Source: Bacillota bacterium
Lineage (GTDB): Bacteria; Bacillota; Ch66; Ch109
Assembly (NCBI GenBank): GCA_050952625.1
Contig: JBMNLH010000001.1
Coordinates: 320,001 to 384,000, forward strand
DNA length: 64,000 nt
Reading direction: 5' to 3'
In this document: one piece after another, positions 1-8,701 of the stretch
How positions within the stretch are numbered: position 1 is the first letter of the stretch
How the letters are laid out: every line of letters begins with the position of its first letter
Notes under the pieces: generated by a model
Seen by the model: the letters and a program-made list of their open reading frames with translations, nothing else
Told to the model about the DNA's origin: nothing
Databases searched by the model: none
Made by a program: the position numbers and the translations under genes

Positions 1-27
1 CGCCTGGCTGAGTCTCAGCCGGTAACC

Positions 28-2040
28 GTGGGAGCTTCCCCCAGTTTGGCATATGGCGATGTATTGCGGGTTCACGGGCAATTGGAATTACCTAAAGGAC
101 CCCGGAATCCAGGAGAATTCGATTACCGAGCTTATCTGCTCCGACGGGGTGTTCATACTCAAATTGCGGTATATCCTAGTGATGTAGTACGGTTAACGTC
201 CGGACAGGGAAACCCGATGTTGCGGTGGGTGCTTAGTCTAAAATCCCGAGTCAAGCAGGAGATGGTCCAGGTTATACCGCCGGAACAAACGAAAATTCTG
301 CAGGCTCTGCTATTCGGCGATCAGACTGGCTTATCTCCAGAAGATCGGGAGCAATACCAGCGGACTGGTCTAATCCATATTTTTTCTGTGTCTGGCTTTC
401 ACGTCGGCTTTGTCCTGCTGTTTGCCTTATTTCTGGGTCAAATCGCTAGACTTTCTCCTAAAGGACAATTCTGGCTGGCCCTGGCGGTGATGTTCTTTTT
501 TGCCGCCCTGGCCGGTTTTCAAACCCCAGTAATGCGGGCGACGATCATGGCCGTAATTGGCCTGGCGGGGCATCTCTGGCGTCGAGAACAAGACCTGGTC
601 AATAGCCTGGCGGTTGCCGCTCTGGTTCTGCTTCTGTGGAATCCCCAGTGGCTGTTTGAGGCCGGGTTTCAGCTTTCTTTTTTGGCCACCTGGGGGATTG
701 TCTACCTTTACCCACGGTTGGACGCCCAGATGACGCGCTGGGCTGCTTGGCGCGGTCTGGTGCTGGTGCCCTTGTGCGCTCAACTGGCGGTAATTCCCTT
801 GGTCGCCTATTACTTCAATCAGGTTTCGGTTATCAGTCTGGTGAGCAATGTGCTGCTGGCTGGTTTAGTTGGCGTCGTGATCCTGATGGCTTTTTTTGCT
901 TTCCTCCTGGTCTTCATTTTTCCTTTAGCTGGCCAAACTCTATTTTTGGCGGATGGAGCTCTGATTGGTTTGGTTACCAAGTTGGTAACATTTTTAAGTT
1001 TAGTACCCGGAGCAGCTTTTTATATCGGAACGCCATCAATCTGGCTCATGCTTAGTTATTATTTTTTATTGGTTGCCTGGGGAGAAGGCTGGTTAAAACC
1101 AGCGTGGTATCGAGTGCGCGATTACGCCGTTTTTTATTTTAGCCGCTTCAGCCGTTCTAAATTAGTACCCCCAGTTTGTTTGATATTAGTGGTCGGCTTA
1201 GCGGCCGGTTGGTACTTCAGGCCGGCGGCTCCTCTCCGCGTAGTCTTTTTGGATGTGGGACAGGGAGATAGCATCTTGATTGAAACCCCAGCCGGTAAGA
1301 GAATTTTAGTGGATGGCGGCGGCAACCCGGCATTCACCCCGGTTCAGAGCGCCTTCGATGTCGGCCGCCAGGTGGTGGTGCCCTATCTGCGTCGGGAAGG
1401 GATAGATAAACTGGATGTCGTAGTAAATACGCATCCGGATAGCGATCATCTCCAGGGGTTGTCAGCAGTTCTGGAGGCAATACCGGTTTCCTTGGTCCTG
1501 AGTGCTCCAGTTGAGGAGACCTCAGCCCTCTGGCAGGAGTTTTATCAACAGGCCCAGGCTTTAGGGGTGCCCGTAGTGGGGGCTAAGCGGGGCATGTCGT
1601 TAAACCTTGACCCGGCTGTCTTGATCGAGGTACTGCACCCGGGAACGCTCCTTGCCGGTACCCGCAGCGATGTTAATAACAATTCCGTGGTCCTGCGAAT
1701 CAAGCACGGTCAAAACGCTCTGCTTTTAACCGGTGATCTGGAAGCCGAGGGAATGCAGGACCTGCGTCAGGCCGGGGTGGAACTGCGCAGTCAGGTCTAT
1801 AAGGTACCGCATCATGGGAGCCGGTATTCGCTGGACCCTCAGTTTTTCGCCGCGGTTGATCCTCAGGTAACCGTGATCAGTGTAGGAAAAAACAATTTCG
1901 GTCACCCGGACCCGGCTGTCCTGGAAGCCTGTCAGGAGGGAGCCCGGCCTTTGTTTCGAACCGATCAGCACGGCGCGATAACCGTGGAAAGTGATGGGCA
2001 ACGGCTGAAAGTAATGCCGTTTATACGAACTCAGGATTAA
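28..2040 (+). CDS. comEC: DNA uptake channel ComEC/Rec2 (N-terminus probably upstream of the window)
   Basis: RNPGEFDY motif, competence-domain HIFSVSGFHV, many TM helices, C-terminal metallo-beta-lactamase fold (DVGQGD, THPDSDH, KVPHHGS); upstream of holA. Confidence 0.95.
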   Translation: MGASPSLAYGDVLRVHGQLELPKGPRNPGEFDYRAYLLRRGVHTQIAVYPSDVVRLTSGQGNPMLRWVLSLKSRVKQEMVQVIPPEQTKILQALLFGDQTGLSPEDREQYQRTGLIHIFSVSGFHVGFVLLFALFLGQIARLSPKGQFWLALAVMFFFAALAGFQTPVMRATIMAVIGLAGHLWRREQDLVNSLAVAALVLLLWNPQWLFEAGFQLSFLATWGIVYLYPRLDAQMTRWAAWRGLVLVPLCAQLAVIPLVAYYFNQVSVISLVSNVLLAGLVGVVILMAFFAFLLVFIFPLAGQTLFLADGALIGLVTKLVTFLSLVPGAAFYIGTPSIWLMLSYYFLLVAWGEGWLKPAWYRVRDYAVFYFSRFSRSKLVPPVCLILVVGLAAGWYFRPAAPLRVVFLDVGQGDSILIETPAGKRILVDGGGNPAFTPVQSAFDVGRQVVVPYLRREGIDKLDVVVNTHPDSDHLQGLSAVLEAIPVSLVLSAPVEETSALWQEFYQQAQALGVPVVGAKRGMSLNLDPAVLIEVLHPGTLLAGTRSDVNNNSVVLRIKHGQNALLLTGDLEAEGMQDLRQAGVELRSQVYKVPHHGSRYSLDPQFFAAVDPQVTVISVGKNNFGHPDPAVLEACQEGARPLFRTDQHGAITVESDGQRLKVMPFIRTQD

Positions 2041-2065
2041 CCACAAAAATAATGTAGCCAAAAGG

Positions 2066-2096
2066 AAGCCGGGATTAACAGGAACCCCGGCTGTTG
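2066..2096. terminator. Hairpin between convergent comEC and BKACE gene
   Basis: agccggg...cccggct inverted repeat. Confidence 0.6.
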
Positions 2097-2113
2097 CTTG
2101 ACTTGCTTAGTCT

Positions 2114-3127
2114 TTATTTGGTTGGTAGACCGATCATCTGGCGGTATTCGTTGGGGGTAGCCAAGTCGCGTCCCAGGAGTTCGACCAACTGCTTAAAGCT
2201 TTTGAAATGCTCTGCGTTATTAGTTATCTTGTCGTTGCGATGCGGCCACTTCCAGACGGTGTCCTCCATCCCAACTCGGATATGCAGTCCCAGCAGGACT
2301 GCGAAGGTTGCCAGGTAGCTAGAGGCTCGACCCGCGGCACAGACGATGATGACTGATTTGTCGTCGATTTCCATGATTCGATTATACATGTGCATCAAGC
2401 CCTCGACCATGGCCTTGGGATTCTGCATGGGGCTGCCGCCTGGGAGAGTGGGTAAAATAATCCAGTGGTAGGGTTTCTGCAAGAGACCAGTTTTGATCAG
2501 GTAGCGATCAGCGTTGTCAATATCCCCGTCGGAGTAAATGGCAATTTGGGGTTTACAGCCTAATTCTTGAACAATCCGCGTTTTTTCAATCATGACATGC
2601 GGCGGCTTGACGAATAAGGTATCACCACAGTAGGCAGCCACCGTATTAATAGGAGTAACATCCAACAGCTTGTCCTTCAATACCTCAAGCATATTCGCCC
2701 ATTCGCCGTCCAGGAACGGAACCATGCACCCGTCGAATACTGTTTGAGGGAACTCTTTTTTCAGGGGATCGATGACACGGTGGAATAATTCTGGATCCAA
2801 AACGTTGTAGCCGTCTTTATCACGGACGTGGATGTGGACGATCGGCGAACCCGCCAGGCAAGCTTCGCGGGCTGATTGATAAATTTCATCCGGCGTCTGC
2901 GGGTGGCTGGGATTTCCCCGTTTGCTGTAAAAAGCACCGGTAATGGTGGTCGAAATCGCGATTTTCTGGGGGATGTTCCAGGCTGGCTGAACTTCGATCC
3001 CTGTGGCATACGCAGTGTTGACCGGATCGACGATTTCTGGCAATCCGTAAGGAATCCAAATCGTCTTGAATTCTTCTTTTTTCTTCCACTCATCAATATA
3101 GGCCCAGTTAACCTTATCCACTGTCAT
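2114..3127 (-). CDS. Beta-keto acid cleavage enzyme family protein (BKACE/Kce, DUF849), atypical
   Basis: ITGA..P.TP.E, Zn-binding HIHVRD, HIRVGMED and C-terminal LGR.LATP.E.R.M.GL motifs; RBS ggagg. Confidence 0.9.
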   Translation of the reverse strand: MTVDKVNWAYIDEWKKKEEFKTIWIPYGLPEIVDPVNTAYATGIEVQPAWNIPQKIAISTTITGAFYSKRGNPSHPQTPDEIYQSAREACLAGSPIVHIHVRDKDGYNVLDPELFHRVIDPLKKEFPQTVFDGCMVPFLDGEWANMLEVLKDKLLDVTPINTVAAYCGDTLFVKPPHVMIEKTRIVQELGCKPQIAIYSDGDIDNADRYLIKTGLLQKPYHWIILPTLPGGSPMQNPKAMVEGLMHMYNRIMEIDDKSVIIVCAAGRASSYLATFAVLLGLHIRVGMEDTVWKWPHRNDKITNNAEHFKSFKQLVELLGRDLATPNEYRQMIGLPTK

Positions 3128-3437
3128 TTCGACACCTCCATTATATTATATAGTTTTTGTGAAAGACAATGAGATTAATAATGAACGCGACCTGCCTAAC
3201 GGGATCAAGCATTTTTAGGCCTGGAAGTATGGCCTTGGTTTCTTCTTTGGCGTAGTCAATAGTATAACTGCCTAGTTAATTCTGCAATTAGATCCCGTCA
3301 TGATGGCTCCTTTTTCTTTAAAGGTTTTCCGTATCTTCCCCCCTTTTTGTAAATGATTTTGGGACAAGCCCAGCTCAGCATATAGTAGTCAATTCAATTA
3401 TAAGTGGCATTTAAAATCTAACGCTGTTTAAGATGTA

Positions 3438-3489
3438 CTTAATATTTAAGTATTACTTATATATTAAGACAAATTTAAGTGGGAGTCAA
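3438..3489 (-). promoter_or_regulatory. SigA promoter for the BKACE gene overlapped by a 31-bp palindromic operator
   Basis: Minus strand TTGACT-17-TAATAT (3489-3461); near-perfect inverted repeat cttaatatttaagta-t-tacttatatattaag at 3438-3468. Confidence 0.6.
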
Positions 3490-3685
3490 CACTTTTTCCG
3501 GTTAATCTGATATATTTATATCTAGCCTTAATGTTTAAGGGAGTAGTGAAAACGGATAACCCTAGGAGAATAGGTATTTACGCGAGGCACATTTTTTGCT
3601 ATCTTTATTAAATTAAAGGCCTAACTTAGTAGTAATAATAAAGATAGATTTGATTTTTAGTTATTATAAAATTGGAGTTGATTTG

Positions 3686-4261
3686 ATGAGCAAAAATGAA
3701 AACCTCTGGACGTTGGGACATAAATTGAATAATTTTCGACTGAAAAAAGGTTACACTTTGCAGGAGGTAGCAGACGCCCTAGGGATTACCGCCTCTTTCT
3801 TAAGCATGGTCGAAAATGGCCGAAGCGGAATCGGCTTTTCCAAATTGCAAAAACTACTGGCCTTTTACGGCTTAACCCTTGCGGACCTGGCGGATAAGGA
3901 AGATCAGCATGGGAGAGTGGTTAAACTCAGTCAAGCGGCGGTCTTGGGTTACGAAATTGAAGGCGTTGAAGCACGTTTGCTAGTGGACCGCAGGAATAAC
4001 TATAATATCGAACCGATTTATTTTCGAGTCCAGCCGGGTGCCAGTATTGGGTATATGCAACATCAAGGTGAAGAGTTCGGTTTTGTCGTTGAAGGCATGT
4101 TTGAGGTGTCACTTATTGACCTTGAAACTGGTAATGAAGAAAAATATATATTAGAAAAAGGAGATACAATTTATTATCCTAGCACTGTCCAGCACAAGTG
4201 GACGAATGTTTTTAGCAAAATTTCCATATTCTTAGCAGCCGTGACTCCACCAACTTTTTAA
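3686..4261 (+). CDS. XRE-family HTH plus cupin transcriptional regulator
   Basis: TLQEVADALGITASFLSMVENG HTH; cupin H.GEE.G.V.EG...GD.IY.P....H; divergent from the BKACE gene; ATG 3686 has RBS ggag. Confidence 0.9.
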   Translation: MSKNENLWTLGHKLNNFRLKKGYTLQEVADALGITASFLSMVENGRSGIGFSKLQKLLAFYGLTLADLADKEDQHGRVVKLSQAAVLGYEIEGVEARLLVDRRNNYNIEPIYFRVQPGASIGYMQHQGEEFGFVVEGMFEVSLIDLETGNEEKYILEKGDTIYYPSTVQHKWTNVFSKISIFLAAVTPPTF

Positions 4262-4339
4262 TCAGACATTTGAAAGCAGCTAGGGTATTGCTTAGCCTTT
4301 AACCCTTTGCGTTAGAAAAAAGGACAGGTGTCAGTTAAG

Positions 4340-5510
4340 ATGGAACGACCAGCTTCCAGTCGAAATAAAAAAAGCAGCGGAACCAATGAGGCCAATTCGG
4401 CCCAGGTGCTGGAGCAAATAAAACGGCGGCAGTTTCGCCCGGTGTACCTGTTTTTTGGCCCGGAAAGATACTTGCTGGATGAATTGGCAGCCGCCTTGAA
4501 AGTAGCCTTAGCCGATGAGGTTAATGCCGGGTTTGATTACGATCTGCTGGATGGAGAAACTTCTTCCCTATCAGCCGTATTAAACCTGGCCAATACTCCA
4601 CCTTGGCTGGCGGAAAGGCGGCTGGTGCTGGTGAAAAATGCGCCTTGGTTTAGGGGGAATAAAAAAAGCAAAGCAGACAACGAAGAAACGGACTCAGCCT
4701 CACCATCAACGTTCGTTGAACCAGCGGGAACCGGGGCTTCAACTAAACGGAAAGCAGCCGAAGGGAAGGATAGTGGTGAGGAGGCGGCCTTCCTGAACTA
4801 TTTAAAAGAACCCAATCCCACCACGGTACTGGTCATGTTGACTGCCGGAGAGGTTGACCGCCGGCGCAAGTTGTTTCGCACCTTGGTTTCAACCGGCACT
4901 GCGGTTGAATGTCGAGAACTGAACGACCGGGAGCGCCGTCCATGGTTAGATCCGTCAAGCCAGGGCTATGGGATTGACTTTAGAATCGGCGGCCCTTGAC
5001 TATTTAATCACCTTTGGCGGAAAAAGCTTGTATGGCTTAATAAATGAACTGGAAAAAATCCGCTTATTTCTCGGGCCAGGGGAAACCAAGGTTTCTCTGG
5101 CCGTTGTTCAGGAGTTATGTTCGAGGAGTGTGGAGGACCGGATCTTTGATATTATGCAGGCCTTTACCGAAAAAAATGCTCCCTTGGCCTTAAGTCGAAT
5201 CCGAGAATTGATTGAAGCCGGCACGCAGCCGCAGCGGATTTTTTTCCTGCTGGTCCGGCATTACCGGATCATGCTGCGGGCTAGGTCCTTGTTGGACCAA
5301 GCTTACTCCGATCAGGAGCTGGCCTCTCGGCTGCAGGTTGACTATCGCCTGGTTTATAAATATATGCGGGAAGCGCGCGGCTTTTCTGAGGCGGAATTGA
5401 CCCAAGGCTTGAAGCAGATGTTGGAGATCGATGTCGCCTTGAAAACTAGTGAAGGAAGCCCTGGCATGTGGCTGGAACTGCTGGTGGCCAAGGCTATGAA
5501 CCGGGGCTAA
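4340..5510 (+). CDS. holA: DNA polymerase III delta subunit, split by a frameshift near 4946-4950
   Basis: ORF 4328-4999 gives the N-terminal half (VYLFFGPERYL, PPWLAERRLVLVK); ORF 4968-5510 gives the C-terminal half (NELEKIRLF, IFDI, D.ALKT); comEC-holA-rpsT synteny. Confidence 0.88.
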
Positions 5511-5612
5511 TTGATCAGACTAAAGTATTGAATCGTCACCTTGTTAGTCTCTAGGTGGCCGTTGACTTTTTCGACTTTTTTGCTGATTTTCAGTAGGAAA
5601 ACGGCTTTAATT

Positions 5613-5644
5613 TCATGATCAGAGAATATCATGATCAGAGAATA
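5613..5644. repeat. 16-bp perfect tandem duplication
   Basis: tcatgatcagagaata x2. Confidence 0.9.
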
Positions 5645-5715
5645 TAATATTACCAGTAATTCTGATGATACTGACCCGGTAAAACAGAAAACTTGCTAAT
5701 TTTTTCAGAAAACTA

Positions 5716-5744
5716 TTGAGCGCATGGTAACAAAATGTTATATT
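5716..5744 (+). promoter_or_regulatory. SigA promoter of the riboswitch-pil transcript
   Basis: TTGAGC-17-TATATT with extended TG. Confidence 0.6.
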
Positions 5745-5764
5745 ATTTTATATCAAAAAAAGCT

Positions 5765-5850
5765 TAATATCGACAAAGGCAAACTTTCCGAAAGGAAAGG
5801 GCGCAAAACCACGGGCCTTCTGGATAAACCATGGCAGCCGGGTTGCCTTA
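5765..5850 (+). ncRNA. c-di-GMP-I (GEMM) riboswitch
   Basis: GGCAAAC-tttcc-GAAA-ggaaag-GGCGCAAAACC-acgggcc...ggcagccGGGTTGCC matches the GEMM core; G at the position-20 equivalent favours c-di-GMP over cGAMP. Confidence 0.9.
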
Positions 5851-5860
5851 GGAGAAAGTT

Positions 5861-5898
5861 ATCCCAAGCTACCGATTAAGGTAATTTGGGATTTTTTA
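5861..5898 (+). terminator. Intrinsic terminator (riboswitch expression platform)
   Basis: atcccaagctacc-gattaa-ggtaatttgggat followed by a T run. Confidence 0.8.
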
Positions 5899-5905
5899 AT
5901 TAAGA

Positions 5906-5921
5906 TGTGATTGTAGTCACA
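5906..5921. promoter_or_regulatory. Crp/Fnr-type box 1
   Basis: Perfect TGTGA-ttgtag-TCACA. Confidence 0.5.
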
Positions 5922-6084
5922 GACGATCTACATACGTCGCTTCTATTTCAAGCCCGCCTGCATTCAAGATTTTCAGACTTCACCCAAAAACACAAACAGT
6001 CCGCAGGGTGCTTATGCGTAGTATCCATCATTTAACATGGCGAAGGCTGACCGAACAAAACGCAAGGCATTAAACTCTTAAGAT

Positions 6085-6100
6085 TGTGAGCGAGCTCACA
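6085..6100. promoter_or_regulatory. Crp/Fnr-type box 2, abutting the pilD start
   Basis: Perfect TGTGA-gcgagc-TCACA ending 2 nt before ATG 6103. Confidence 0.5.
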
Positions 6101-6102
6101 TA

Positions 6103-6861
6103 ATGACAACCTTAAATTTGCTAGTTTTTATCCTGGGGATTTGCGTTGGTAGTTTTCTAAATGTTTGCATTTTTCGCATTCCAGCTGGCAAGTCAGTCAT
6201 GTTCCCATCCTCTTATTGTTATAGCTGTGGTCATAAGCTGGGTTTGCTTGATCTAGTGCCGGTCCTCAATTATTTTTATTTGCGCCGAAAGTGCCGTTGG
6301 TGCGGGGCCGCTTTTACCTGGCAATACCCACTGATTGAATTCATAACCGGGCTTTTGTTTCTCTTGATCTGGCACCGCTATGGTTACTCGTGGGAAACGT
6401 TGACTGGCTGGGTTTTTATTTCCATTTTGATTATTGCGACTGTCATTGATCTAAAGCACCTGATTATCCCAGATAAAGTCACCCTGACCGGGCTTGTCCT
6501 TGGTTTACCGCTAATCGCTCTCCAATCCTGGGCTTCACTAAAAATGGGGATTGTCGCCTTATTAGCTGCTGGCTTTTTGTTCTGGACGATTGTCGTGGTT
6601 TCACGGGGAGGGATGGGCGGCGGTGATGTTAAATTGGCCGCGCTGATGGGACTTTATTTGGGTCCGGTCAATGTCAGCATCGCTCTGTTTCTGGCCTTTT
6701 TAGCCGGTGGAATAGTCGCGATAGTCCTGCTGGCTACAAAACTAAAGAGCCGCAAAGACGTCATTCCTTTTGGCCCTTACCTGGCCTTGGGCGGTCTGAT
6801 TGCGTTTCTTTGGGGTAGTAATATTTGGCACTGGTATTTGGGTTTAAGTGGATTGAATTAG
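6103..6861 (+). CDS. pilD: Type IV prepilin peptidase/N-methyltransferase
   Basis: GSFLNVCIFRIP, two CxxC pairs, catalytic Asp in IDLK and GGGDVKL, IPFGPYL. Confidence 0.95.
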   Translation: MTTLNLLVFILGICVGSFLNVCIFRIPAGKSVMFPSSYCYSCGHKLGLLDLVPVLNYFYLRRKCRWCGAAFTWQYPLIEFITGLLFLLIWHRYGYSWETLTGWVFISILIIATVIDLKHLIIPDKVTLTGLVLGLPLIALQSWASLKMGIVALLAAGFLFWTIVVVSRGGMGGGDVKLAALMGLYLGPVNVSIALFLAFLAGGIVAIVLLATKLKSRKDVIPFGPYLALGGLIAFLWGSNIWHWYLGLSGLN

Positions 6862-7109
6862 GAGGCTGGGGTGCGAAGATTATAGTCTTGGAGGGCAAGG
6901 GGTCAGTCGAAAGTCATCGGGAAAGGAATAAAGAATATAACTATTATGGAGAAATCGATAACGTAAATCTAATTAATTTTGCAAAAAGTACCGATAAATT
7001 AACTGGGTATAAGTACGATTACAGCCCATTATAAGCATGGTAAAGTATGTGCCTATAAAGGGTGATTGGCATAATTGCTTTATTTTTATGTTTCGAGGTA
7101 GGATGCTAA

Positions 7110-8054
7110 ATGAATCTTTTTAACCGTCCTAAATTATATCTAGATTTTCAGGATTCAATAATCAGGGTGGTCCAGGGCAATCTTAACGGGAATAAGGTCA
7201 GGGTCGATGGCTTTGCCTCTCTAGAATTAACCAAATCCCTTAGTTTTCGGCAGGATGAGGCAGAAAACCGCGAACTCGGAGCGGTTTTAACCGATTTTCT
7301 GAAAGTACATGGCTTGTCAGCCTCGCGAGCACTGGTTAATCTTAATCAAGAGGGAATTATCATCCGCACCGCGGTAGTACCGGCGATGAAAACTAAAGTA
7401 TTAACCGAATTTTTGCATAAAGAGATAAATGAGTTTCTGCCAGTTGACCTGAACGAGTATAATTATGATTATCGGATAATTCGCATGTATCAGGATGAGA
7501 GTGATCACCAGCAGTATTTTGAGCTGTTGCTAGCCGCTGTTCCCCGAAATACTATTCAACGAATTGTCCACATCCTTGAAGAAACTGATCTTTATATCTC
7601 GGCGATTGACATTCTGCCCAACTCTCTGTTGCGCCTTTTTTCCCAGGCAACATATAACGAGGGAGTAGCCGTACTAGAGGTTGGGGATGATGGAACACGA
7701 ATCATGGCTGTTAGAGGACAGATCCCTCTTTTTTATGCGGATATTCCTTTTCGGTTATCAAATGAGGAGCAAGATTTTATTCAACTCTTTGAAGAAACCA
7801 GGGGGTATTTAAATTATTTTGCGTCCCGTCACCAGGGGCGGCAGGTAGAGGGTGTGTTTGTTTTAGGAAAGTTAGCTCAGAGTGACCTCGCGATTAGACA
7901 GATTTTTCAAGAAGTTTGGGGAGTACCGGTAATGACTCAGGTTAACGACCTGGTTCAGTTAGAATACCAGGGAAAAATGGGCAGCCAATTTGCTAAAGTA
8001 GCCGCTATGTACGCCGCCAATCTAGGCTTGATGTTAAGGAAGGATGGCCATTGA
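7110..8054 (+). CDS. pilM: Type IV pilus assembly protein PilM
   Basis: Actin-like fold pattern (YDY.I, LLAAVP, AIDILPNSL); first of an overlapping M-N-O trio. Confidence 0.8.
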   Translation: MNLFNRPKLYLDFQDSIIRVVQGNLNGNKVRVDGFASLELTKSLSFRQDEAENRELGAVLTDFLKVHGLSASRALVNLNQEGIIIRTAVVPAMKTKVLTEFLHKEINEFLPVDLNEYNYDYRIIRMYQDESDHQQYFELLLAAVPRNTIQRIVHILEETDLYISAIDILPNSLLRLFSQATYNEGVAVLEVGDDGTRIMAVRGQIPLFYADIPFRLSNEEQDFIQLFEETRGYLNYFASRHQGRQVEGVFVLGKLAQSDLAIRQIFQEVWGVPVMTQVNDLVQLEYQGKMGSQFAKVAAMYAANLGLMLRKDGH

Positions 8055-8701
8055 AAACACCAACCAAGGAACTAAACTTTTTGCCGGCAGAGATAATTCT
8101 GCAGCGAATGCGGACCCGGACGATTCTTGTTTTTACTTTACTCGCAACTTTAGGCGTAGCTTTTCTTGGTATGGCCGCCTACACCCCAATCTATCTAGGA
8201 AAGATGTATCAGGTCAAAATAGATCATTACCAAGCACAGTATGCTACATTAGAGGCAGCACTTCCCTACTATAATCAGTTGCAGAGCCTTGAGACTCAGT
8301 ATCAGCAAAGCCAGAAGGTGATTAGAACTCTCGAGGGCCAGCGTAAACCTATTGTCCAGATTATCAATCAAATCAGCAGCGTTCTCCCGCCCGGGGTTCG
8401 GGTTACGAAGATGGAAGTCGATGTTGCTGCTGGGGTGTCTTTAGAGGTACAAACACCAGGCCCGACCGATACGGCCCGCTTAATTGTGGGGTTGCGCAAT
8501 CTCGGACTTTTTGAACAGGTCGAACCAAAAGAGGTTACTCTGCAGGATAGACCCGGGACTGTGAAATTGCAGTTGCCTTTTAAGGGGGTGGCCTCAAATA
8601 ATGCCAGCCAAGAATCAACTGATTCAGCCGCGCTAGAAGGAGAGAACCTGGATAGTGAACTCTTTACCAAGCTTCTTGAAGAATTGCCAAAGTCTCAGTA
8701 G
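8051..8701 (+). CDS. pilN: PilN-domain protein
   Basis: N-terminal LNFLP motif, single TM, coiled coil, LP.GV.VT region. Confidence 0.8.
   Translation: MKTPTKELNFLPAEIILQRMRTRTILVFTLLATLGVAFLGMAAYTPIYLGKMYQVKIDHYQAQYATLEAALPYYNQLQSLETQYQQSQKVIRTLEGQRKPIVQIINQISSVLPPGVRVTKMEVDVAAGVSLEVQTPGPTDTARLIVGLRNLGLFEQVEPKEVTLQDRPGTVKLQLPFKGVASNNASQESTDSAALEGENLDSELFTKLLEELPKSQ

Noticed and set aside
3140-3310. Short ORFs and an acgggatc/gatcccgt inverted pair in the BKACE leader
   Set aside because: Interrupted frames with no recognisable family or riboswitch consensus; cannot be supported
5765-5850. cGAMP-selective GEMM-Ib variant
   Set aside because: The discriminating position is G (aaGGCAAAC), not A
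6083-6102. Similarity to the lac operator, suggesting vector contamination
   Set aside because: Match is short, spacing differs and the flanks are not vector-like; fits a TGTGA-N6-TCACA box
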